Shown here one piece after another: positions 23,801 to 33,627 of a DNA stretch of 36,479 nucleotides; position 1 is the first letter of the stretch; each line of letters starts with the position of its first letter. This stretch comes from Nemertoderma westbladi (taxonomy: Eukaryota; Animalia; Xenacoelomorpha): positions 1 to 36,479 of the forward strand of contig JAUCBJ010006453.1 in assembly GCA_032718475.1 (NCBI GenBank), read 5' to 3'. The notes beneath the pieces were generated by a model. The model was given only the letters and a program-made list of their open reading frames with translations. It was not told the DNA's origin and did not search any database. Made by a program: the position numbers and the translations under genes.

Positions 23801-26800
23801 GTTGCCTGCATATCTTAGAAGTTGCCTGCGTATTTCGCACGCAACCTGAAAAGTTCCCTGCGTATTTCGCAGGCAACCTGAAAAGTTCCCTGCGTATTTC
23901 GCAGGCAACCTAAAAAGTTGCCTGCATATTTCGCAGGCAACCTAAGTAGTTGCCTGCATATCCTAGAAGTTGCCTGCGTATTTCGCAGGCAACCTGAAAA
24001 GTTCCCTGCATATTTCGCAGGCAACCTGAAAAGTTCCCTGCGTATTTCGCAGGCAACCTAAAAAGTTGCCTGCATATTTCGCAGGCAACCTAAGTAGTTG
24101 CCTGCATATCTTAGAAGTTGCCTGCGTATTTCGCAGGCAACCTGAAAAGTTCCCTGCGTATTTCGCAGGCAACCTGAAAAGTTCCCTGCGTATTTCGCAG
24201 GCAACCTAAAAAGTTGCCTGCATATTTCGCAGGCAACCTAAGTAGTTGCCTGCATATCTTAGAAGTTGCCTGCGTATTTCGCAGGCAACCTGAAAAGTTC
24301 CCTGCGTATTTCGCAGGCAACCTGAAAAGTTCCCTGCGTATTTCGCAGGCAACCTAAAAAGTTGCCTGCATATTTCGCAGGCAACCTAAGTAGTTGCCTG
24401 CATATCTTAGAAGTTGCCTGCGTATTTCGCAGGCAACCTGAAAAGTTCCCTGCGTATTTCGCAGGCAACCTAAAAAGTTGCCTGCATATTTCGCAGGCAA
24501 CCTAAGTAGTTGCCTGCATATCTTAGAAGTTGCCTGCGTATTTCGCACGCAACCTGAAAAGTTCCCTGCGTATTTCGCAGGCAACCTGAAAAGTTCCCTG
24601 CGTATTTCGCAGGCAACCTAAAAAGTTGCCTGCATATTTCGCAGGCAACCTAAGTAGTTGCCTGCATATCCTAGAAGTTGCCTGCGTATTTCGCAGGCAA
24701 CCTGAAAAGTTCCCTGCATATTTCGCAGGCAACCTGAAAAGTTCCCTGCGTATTTCGCAGGCAACCTAAAAAGTTGCCTGCATATTTCGCAGGCAACCTA
24801 AGTAGTTGCCTGCATATCTTAGAAGTTGCCTGCGTATTTCCCAGGCAACCTGAAAAGTTCCCTGCGTATTTCGCAGGCAACCTGAAAAGTTCCCTGCGTA
24901 TTTCGCAGGCAACCTAAAAAGTTGCCTGCATATTTCGCAGGCAACCTAAGTAGTTGCCTGCATATCTTAGAAGTTGCCTGCGTATTTCGCAGGCAACCTG
25001 AAAAGTTCCCTGCGTATTTCGCAGGCAACCTAAGTAGTTGCCTGCATATCTTAGAAGTTGCCTGCGTATTTCGCAGGCAACCTGAAAAGTTCCCTGCGTA
25101 TTTCGCAGGCAACCTAAAAAGTTGCCTGCATATTTCGCAGGCAACCTAAGTACTTGCCTGCATATCTTAGAAGTTGCCTGCGTATTTCGCAGGCAACCTG
25201 AAAAGTTCCCTGCGTATTTCGCGGGCAACCTGAAAAGTTCCCTGCGTATTTCGCAGGCAACCTAAGTAATTGCCTGCATATCTTAGAAGTTGCCTGCGTA
25301 TTTCGCAGGCAACCTGAAAAGTTCCCTGCGTATTTCGCAGGCAACCTAAAAAGTTGCCTGCATATTTCGCAGGCAACCTAAGTAGTTGCCTGCATATCTT
25401 AGAAGTTGCCTGCGTATTTCGCAGGCAACCTGAAAAGTTCCCTGCGTATTTCGCAGGCAACCTGAAAAGTTCCCTGCGTATTTCGCAGGCAACCTAAAAA
25501 GTTACCTGCATATTTCGCAGGCAACCTAAGTAGTTGCCTGCATATCCTAGAAGTTGCCTGCGTATTTCGCAGGCAACCTGAAAAGTTCCCTGCGTATTTC
25601 GCAGGCAACCTGAAAAGTTCCCTGCGTATTTCGCAGGCAACCTAAAAAGTTGCCTGCATATTTCGCAGGCAACCTAAGTAGTTGCCTGCATATCTTAGAA
25701 GTTGCCTGCGTATTTCGCAGGCAACCTGAAAAGTTCCCTGCGTATTTCGCAGGCAACCTAAGTAGTTGCCTGCATATCTTAGAAGTTGTCTGCGTATTTC
25801 GCAGGCAACCTGAAAAGTTCCCTGCGTATTTCGCAGGCAACCTAAAAAGTTGCCTGCATATTTCGCAGGCAACCTAAGTAGTTGCCTGCATATCTTAGAA
25901 GTTGCCTGCATATTTCGCAGGCAACCTGAAAAGTTCCCTGCGTATTTCGCAGGCAACCTGAAAAGTTCCCTGCGTATTTCGCAGGCAACCTAAAAAGTTG
26001 CCTGCATATTTCGCAGGCAACCTAATAAGTTGCCTGCATATTTCGCAGGCAACCTGAAAAGTTCCCTGCGTATTTCGCAGGCAACCTGAAAAGTTCCCTG
26101 TGTATTTCGCAGGCAACCTAAAAAGTTGCCTGCATATTTCGCAGGCAACCTAAGTAGTTGCCTGCATATCTTAGAAGTTGCCTGCGTATTTCGCAGGCAA
26201 CCTGAAAAGTTCCCTGCGTATTTCGCAGGCAACCTGAAAAGTTCCCTGCGTATTTCGCAGGCAACCTAAAAAGTTGCCTGCATATTTCGCAGGCAACCTA
26301 AGTAGTTGCCAGCATATCCTAGAAGTTGCCTGCGTATTTCGCAGGCAACCTGAAAAGTTCCCTGCATATTTCGCAGGCAACCTGAAAAGTTCCCTGCGTA
26401 TTTCGAAGGCAACCTAAAAAGCTGCCTGCATATTTCGCAGGCAACCTAAGTAGTTGCCTGCATATCTTAGAAGTTGCCTGCGTATTTCGCAGGCAACCTG
26501 AAAAGTTCCCTGCGTATTTCGCAGGCAACCTGAAAAGTTCCCTGCGTATTTCGCAGGCAACCTAAAAAGTTGCCTGCATATTTCGCAGGCAACCTAAGTA
26601 GTTGCCTGCATATCTTAGAAGTTGCCTGCGTATTTCGCAGGCAACCTGAAAAGTTCCCTGCGTATTTCGCAGGCAACCTAAAAAGTTGCCTGCATATTTC
26701 GCAGGCAACCTAAGTAGTTGCCTGCATATCTTAGAAGTTGCCTGCGTATTTCGCACGCAACCTGAAAAGTTCCCTGCGTATTTCGCAGGCAACCTGAAAA

Positions 26801-29800
26801 GTTCCCTGCGTATTTCGCAGGCAACCTAAAAAGTTGCCTGCATATTTCGCAGGCAACCTAAGTAGTTGCCTGCATATCCTAGAAGTTGCCTGCGTATTTC
26901 GCAGGCAACCTGAAAAGTTCCCTGCATATTTCGCAGGCAACCTGAAAAGTTCCCTGCGTATTTCGCAGGCAACCTAAAAAGTTGCCTGCATATTTCGCAG
27001 GCAACCTAAGTAGTTGCCTGCATATCTTAGAAGTTGCCTGCGTATTTCGCAGGCAACCTGAAAAGTTCCCTGCGTATTTCGCAGGCAACCTGAAAAGTTC
27101 CCTGCGTATTTCGCAGGCAACCTAAAAAGTTGCCTGCATATTTCGCAGGCAACCTAAGTAGTTGCCTGCATATCTTAGAAGTTGCCTGCGTATTTCGCAG
27201 GCAACCTGAAAAGTTCCCTGCGTATTTCGCAGGCAACCTGAAAAGTTCCCTGCGTATTTCGCAGGCAACCTAAAAAGTTGCCTGCATATTTCGCAGGCAA
27301 CCTAAGTAGTTGCCTGCATATCTTAGAAGTTGCCTGCGTATTTCGCAGGCAACCTGAAAAGTTCCCTGCGTATTTCGCAGGCAACCTAAAAAGTTGCCTG
27401 CATATTTCGCAGGCAACCTAAGTAGTTGCCTGCATATCTTAGAAGTTGCCTGCGTATTTCGCACGCAACCTGAAAAGTTCCCTGCGTATTTCGCAGGCAA
27501 CCTGAAAAGTTCCCTGCGTATTTCGCAGGCAACCTAAAAAGTTGCCTGCATATTTCGCAGGCAACCTAAGTAGTTGCCTGCATATCCTAGAAGTTGCCTG
27601 CGTATTTCGCAGGCAACCTGAAAAGTTCCCTGCATATTTCGCAGGCAACCTGAAAAGTTCCCTGCGTATTTCGCAGGCAACCTAAAAAGTTGCCTGCATA
27701 TTTCGCAGGCAACCTAAGTAGTTGCCTGCATATCTTAGAAGTTGCCTGCGTATTTCCCAGGCAACCTGAAAAGTTCCCTGCGTATTTCGCAGGCAACCTG
27801 AAAAGTTCCCTGCGTATTTCGCAGGCAACCTAAAAAGTTGCCTGCATATTTCGCAGGCAACCTAAGTAGTTGCCTGCATATCTTAGAAGTTGCCTGCGTA
27901 TTTCGCAGGCAACCTGAAAAGTTCCCTGCGTATTTCGCAGGCAACCTAAGTAGTTGCCTGCATATCTTAGAAGTTGCCTGCGTATTTCGCAGGCAACCTG
28001 AAAAGTTCCCTGCGTATTTCGCAGGCAACCTAAAAAGTTGCCTGCATATTTCGCAGGCAACCTAAGTACTTGCCTGCATATCTTAGAAGTTGCCTGCGTA
28101 TTTCGCAGGCAACCTGAAAAGTTCCCTGCGTATTTCGCGGGCAACCTGAAAAGTTCCCTGCGTATTTCGCAGGCAACCTAAGTAATTGCCTGCATATCTT
28201 AGAAGTTGCCTGCGTATTTCGCAGGCAACCTGAAAAGTTCCCTGCGTATTTCGCAGGCAACCTAAAAAGTTGCCTGCATATTTCGCAGGCAACCTAAGTA
28301 GTTGCCTGCATATCTTAGAAGTTGCCTGCGTATTTCGCAGGCAACCTGAAAAGTTCCCTGCGTATTTCGCAGGCAACCTGAAAAGTTCCCTGCGTATTTC
28401 GCAGGCAACCTAAAAAGTTACCTGCATATTTCGCAGGCAACCTAAGTAGTTGCCTGCATATCCTAGAAGTTGCCTGCGTATTTCGCAGGCAACCTGAAAA
28501 GTTCCCTGCGTATTTCGCAGGCAACCTGAAAAGTTCCCTGCGTATTTCGCAGGCAACCTAAAAAGTTGCCTGCATATTTCGCAGGCAACCTAAGTAGTTG
28601 CCTGCATATCTTAGAAGTTGCCTGCGTATTTCGCAGGCAACCTGAAAAGTTCCCTGCGTATTTCGCAGGCAACCTAAGTAGTTGCCTGCATATCTTAGAA
28701 GTTGTCTGCGTATTTCGCAGGCAACCTGAAAAGTTCCCTGCGTATTTCGCAGGCAACCTAAAAAGTTGCCTGCATATTTCGCAGGCAACCTAAGTAGTTG
28801 CCTGCATATCTTAGAAGTTGCCTGCGTATTTCCCAGGCAACCTGAAAAGTTCCCTGCGTATTTCGCAGGCAACCTGAAAAGTTCCCTGCGTATTTCGCAG
28901 GCAACCTAAAAAGTTGCCTGCATATTTCGCAGGCAACCTAAGTAGTTGCCTGCATATCTTAGAAGTTGCCTGCGTATTTCGCAGGCAACCTGAAAAGTTC
29001 CCTGCGTATTTCGTAGGCAACCTGAAAAGTTCCCTGCGTATTTCGCAGGCAACCTAAGTAGTTGCCTGCATATCTTAGAAGTTGCCTGCGTATTTCGCAG
29101 GCAACCTGAAAAGTTCCCTGCGTATTTCGCAGGCAACCTGAAAAGTTCCCTGCGTATTTCGCAGGCAACCTAAGTAATTGCCTGCATTTCTTAGAAGTTG
29201 CCTGCGTATTTCGCAGGCAACCTGAAAAGTTCCCTGCGTATTTCGCAGGCAACCTAAAGAGTTGCCTGCATATTTCGCAGGCAACCTAAGTAGTTGCCTG
29301 CATATCTTAGAAGTTGCCTGCGTATTTCGCAGGCAACCTGAAAAGTTCCCTGCGTATTTCGCAGGCAACCTGAAAGGTTCCCTGCGTATTTCGCAGGCAA
29401 CCTAAAAAGTTGCCTGCATATTTCGCAGGCAACCTAAGTAGTTGCCTGCATATCTTAGAAGTTGTCTGCGTATTTCGCAGGCAACCTGAAAAGTTCCCTG
29501 CGTATTTCGCAGGCAACCTAAGTAATTGCCTGCATATCTTAGAAGTTGCCTGCGTATTTCGCAGGCAACCTGAAAAGTTCCCTGCGTAATTCGCAGGCAA
29601 CCTAAAAAGTTGCCTGCATATTTCGCAGGCAACCTAAGTAGTTGCCTGCATATCTTAGAAGTTGCCTGCGTATTTCGCAGGCAACCTGAAAAGTTCCCTG
29701 CGTATTTCGCAGGCAACCTGAAAAGTTCCCTGCGTATTTCGCAGGCAACCTAAAAAGTTGCCTGCATATTTCGCAGGCAACCTAAGTAGTTGCCTGCATA

Positions 29801-31166
29801 TCTTAGAAGTTGCCTGCGTATTTCGCAGGCAACCTGAAAAGTTCCCTGCGTATTTCGCAGGCAACCTGAAAAGTTCCCTGCGTATTTCGCAGGCAACCTA
29901 AAAAGTTGCCTGCATATTTCGCAGGTAACCTAAGTAGTTGCCTGCATATCTTAGAAGTTGCCTGCGTATTTCGCAGGCAACCTGAAAAGTTCCCTGCGTA
30001 TTTCGCAGGCAACCTGAAAAGTTCCCTGCGTATTTCGCAGGCAACCTAAAAAGTTGCCTGCATATTTCGCAGGCAACCTAAGTAGTTGCCTGCATATCTT
30101 AGAAGTTGCCTGCGTATTTCGCAGGCAACCTGAAAAGTTCCCTGCGTATTTCGCAGGCAACCTAAAAAGTTGCCTGCATATTTCGCAGGCAACCTAAGTA
30201 GTTGCCTGCATAACTTAGAAGTTGCCTGCGTATTTCGCAGGCAACCTGAAAAGTTCCCTGCGTATTTCGCAGGCAACCTGAAAAGTTCCCTGCGTATTTC
30301 GCAGGCAACCTAAGTAATTGCCTGCATATCTTAGAAGTTGCCTGCGTATTTCGCAGGCAACCTGAAAAGTTCCCTGCGTATTTCGCAGGCAACCTAAAAA
30401 GTTGCCTGCATATTTCGCAGGCAACCTAAGTAGTTGCCTGCATATCTTAGAAGTTGCCTGCGTATTTCGCAGGCAACCTGAAAAGTTCCCTGCGTATTTC
30501 GCAGGCAACCTGAAAGGTTCCCTGCGTATTTCGCAGGCAACTTAAAAAGTTGCCTGCATATTTCGCAGGCAACCTAAGTAGTTGCCTGCATATCTTAGAA
30601 GTTGCCTGCGTATTTCGCAGGCAACCTGAAAAGTTCCCTGCGTATTTCGCAGGCAACCTGAAAAGTTCCCTGCGTATTTCGTAGGCAACCTAAAAAGTTG
30701 CCTGCATATTTCGCAGGCAACCTAAGTAGTTGCCTGCATATCTTAGAAGTTGCCTGCGTATTTCGCAGGCAACCTAAAAAGTTCCCTGCGTATTTCGCAG
30801 GCAACCTGAAAAGTTCCCTGCGTATTTCGCAGGCAACCTAAAAAGTTGCCTGCATATTTCGCAGGCAACCTAAGTAGTTGCCTGCATATCTTAGAAGTTG
30901 CCTGCGTATTTCGCAGGCAACCTGAAAAGTTCCCTGCGTATTTCGCAGGCAACCTGAAAAGTTCCCTGCGTATTTCGCAGGCAACCTAAAAAGTTGCCTG
31001 CATATTTCGCAGGCAACCTAAGTAATTGCCTGCATATCTTAGAAGTTGCCTGCGTATTTTGCAGGCAACCTGAAAAGTTCCCTGCTTATTTCGCAGGCAA
31101 CCTTAAAAGTTCCCTGCGTATTTCGCAGGCAACCTGAAAAGTTTCCTGCGTATTTCGCAGGCAACC
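20898..31166. repeat. 10.3-kb satellite of 32-bp and 52-bp palindromic monomers with a 148-bp higher-order repeat
   Basis: A=GCAGGCAACCTGAAAAGTTCCCTGCGTATTTC (32), B=GCAGGCAACCTAAAAAGTTGCCTGCATATTTC (32), C=GCAGGCAACCTAAGTAGTTGCCTGCATATCTTAGAAGTTGCCTGCGTATTTC (52). Usual order AABC (148), also ABC (116) and AC (84). Confidence 0.98.
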
Positions 31167-31652
31167 CAAACGCGCAACGCGAATCTGGTTCGCGGTCATT
31201 CGCGCATGTCAGCATGTACAGATGTAGGGTAAGACATACTGATGTACGCGTCCGAGTTTTGCAGCATGAATTCCAACCTGGCCGGTCACCGCTGCACCGG
31301 TACTGTCTGAGTCTGACTCACTACCGGTCAGCCTGTACTCACTGTACAGCTGTAGGTAGCTAATTGTTAGTCGTCTTTCAGTCTTTCCGGCCATCAGTCC
31401 ATAAAACAGTAAAATGATAAAATAATTACTTACCGGTAGGCGGTAGGTATACCACGGAACAGCGGTACCGGTACTGCTCTACTAGGCCTACTTATTTCAG
31501 TATTTATCATTATTTCATATGGCGTCTCAAAAGGATCAAAATCATAACAATTACTGCAGTACTTTGAAATAATATAATAGTGTATGTAAATAATTAAACA
31601 CTTATGAAAACATTTAAATCACTTATGAAATATTTAAAAGATGTCCAAATGT

Positions 31653-31937
31653 TATTACGGCAATAAATAAATATTGCGGCAATAAATAATTATTGCGGCA
31701 ATAAATAATTATTGCGGCAATAAATAATTATTGCGGCTATAAATAATTATTGCGGCAATAAATAATTATAGCGGCAATAAATAATTATTGCGGCAATAAG
31801 TAGTTATTGCGGCTATAAATAATTATTGCGGCAATAAATAATTATAGCGGCAATAAATAATTATTGCGGCAATAAATAGTTATTGCGGCAATAAATAGTT
31901 ATTGCGGCAATAAATAATTATTGCGGCAATAAATAAC
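31653..31937. repeat. 19-bp tandem array (TATTGCGGCAATAAATAAT), about 15 copies, left arm of the foldback element
   Basis: Read directly. Confidence 0.95.
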
Positions 31938-31939
31938 CA

Positions 31940-32293
31940 ATACCTTAGCCGGTGATCTACTACCACCTACAAGTATTTTCCTATAACATTCACTAATAAT
32001 GCAATCTACTATAGAACAAAATACTGCGGCTACCTGAGCGAGCCACGCAGCCACCCACAACCACTGGTAATGTGATGCACTGCAATGAAGGTTTCATTAT
32101 AACACATTAATCATAGAACCTAGCAACCAATGAAATATCTTCGCTACCACTACTGGTATGTGAACAGTGAGGCTGGCTCCCTTGACCCTCAAAAGATTGA
32201 ACGAAATAATAATAGCCTTATTTTGAAATCGAACCTGCGCCTGCGCCAGTTACCAAGTGCAAATCAGGAGTGGCGCCTTAACCCACTCGGCCA
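31940..32293 (-). mobile_element. tRNA(Ser/Leu)-derived SINE-like segment inside the foldback element
   Basis: Minus strand reads TGGCCGAGTGGGTTAAGGCG..GCGCAGGTTCGATTTC (A-box and B-box as in type II tRNAs) but has no acceptor stem. The 3' extent is uncertain. Confidence 0.55.
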
Positions 32294-32297
32294 TATT

Positions 32298-32465
32298 TAT
32301 TGCCGCAATAATTATTTATTGCTGCAATAATTATTTGTTGCCGCAATAATTATTTATTGCCGCAATAATTATTTATTGCCGCAATAATTATTTATTGCCG
32401 CAATAATTATTTATTGCCGCAATAATTATTTATTGCCGCAATAATTATTTATTGCGGCAATAAAT
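32298..32465. repeat. 19-bp array in inverted orientation (TATTGCCGCAATAATTATT), about 9 copies
   Basis: Read directly; the last unit flips back to TATTGCGGCAATA. Confidence 0.93.
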
Positions 32466-32466
32466 A

Positions 32467-32593
32467 TGGCCGAGTGGGATAAGGCGCCACTCCTGATTTG
32501 CACTATTATGGTAACTGGCGCAGGCACAGGTTCGATTTCAAAATAAGGCTAGTATTATTTCGTTCAATCTTTTGAGGGTCAAGGGAGCCAGCC
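32467..32593 (+). mobile_element. Inverted duplicate of the tRNA-derived head
   Basis: Reverse complement of 32171-32293 with a few substitutions and a small indel (TGGCCGAGTGGGATAAGGCG..CAGGTTCGATTTC..GGGAGCCAGCC). Confidence 0.75.
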
Positions 32594-33041
32594 AATAATT
32601 ATTTATTGCCGAAATAACATTTGGCAATCTTTTAAATATTTCATAAGTGATGTAAATATTTTCATGAGTGATTTAATTATTTACATACACTATTATATTA
32701 TTTCAAAGTACTGCAGTAATTGTTATGATTTTGATCCTTTTTGAGACGCCATAATTTCAGACCAAAACGAATAGTCCATATCAGGCAGTCAGGCACCGGA
32801 AAAGAGAAAAATAAAGCAAAATATGTAAGATTAAAGAGTTACACAAATTACAAGTTACATTACTGATTACAAGTTATACAGATAAGACAGAGCGTATGTA
32901 CATTATGCTGTTATGACCAAATAGAGAGACAAGGAAAAACCAAAAAGATTTCCCAGCGGACTTTGAAATTCAAATTGTATACTTTTAATATGTAAAAATG
33001 GTGACTCAATTAAGGAAAAATCACTTTACATCTATCTTATT

Positions 33042-33415
33042 CTATAATGCCTCGAAGTGCAATTTAGTACTGACAACTGATGCTAAAATAATGTTAGAGG
33101 AATCCTCTACTCTTTCAAAAAGACTGGCAGTACTGCGGTGTCTGATGTGTATAAGCAGGGTAGATTGTGCTGTCCAAAAGGAAATACTACTCAGCGGTAG
33201 AATTTTGAAAAGTCGTCTTGCTGCATTGTTGTAAGAAACTTTTGTTCGATTTAGTACAGCTGCTGAAAAGTTTCGTCTCGCCCACAGGGCGTTGCAGTAT
33301 ATCGCGGTCATAAACGAACTAAAAAGCTTGCATTTAACAGTTTCAGAGCATGCACTGAAGTGGCGGGTTAGGTAGTTAGCACGTGTGTAGATATTTGACA
33401 TAATTTGACATATCA
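33042..33415 (-). mobile_element. 3' fragment of a second non-LTR retrotransposon family (ORF2 C-terminus)
   Basis: IYTRANYLTRHFSACSETVKCKLFSSF..IYCNALW..KVSYNNAARRLF resembles the post-RT region of LINE ORF2 proteins; clade not assigned. Confidence 0.65.
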
Positions 33416-33477
33416 AGCCCTCACATAACAACCAATCAAAAGGAGTATTCCCATCCCATATACCATAACAACTGAAA

Positions 33478-33517
33478 GCAGTGCAGCAGTGCAGCAGTGC
33501 AGCAGTGCAGCAGTGCA
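33478..33517. repeat. (GCAGTGCA)n 8-bp repeat, about 5 copies
   Basis: gcagtgcagcagtgcagcagtgcagcagtgcagcagtgca. Confidence 0.85.
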
Positions 33518-33627
33518 CAGCCTGACAGACTGATCTGCTGATGACAGCGCTATCTACCTGTACAGCTGTACTGCAGTAGGCCTACAGATCTATGGCAGTG
33601 CAGTAGTAAAACTGTTTAATTTTACAA

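Larger units (their letters stand above)
31518..32753. mobile_element. Foldback/MITE-type non-autonomous DNA transposon, TIRs of about 155 bp, 6-bp TSD ATTTCA
   Basis: TATGGCGTCTCAAAAGGATCAAAATCATAACAATTACTGCAGTACTTTG.. at the left and its reverse complement ending ..GAGACGCCATA at the right. ATTTCA at 31512-31517 and 32754-32759. Confidence 0.9.

Noticed and set aside
20898-31166. CRISPR array (palindromic repeats of about 32 bp)
   Set aside because: No unique spacers, no cas genes, and a eukaryotic context with spliceosomal introns.
20991-31363. Dozens of MPAKYAGNFSGCLRNTQ.. ORFs as a tandem peptide gene family
   Set aside because: They are translations of the 32/52-bp satellite. Unit lengths are not multiples of 3, the starts are alternative codons rather than real ATGs, and there is no gene structure.
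32171-32593. Functional tRNA genes
   Set aside because: A and B boxes are present but there is no acceptor stem or convincing anticodon arm; treated as SINE-like heads.
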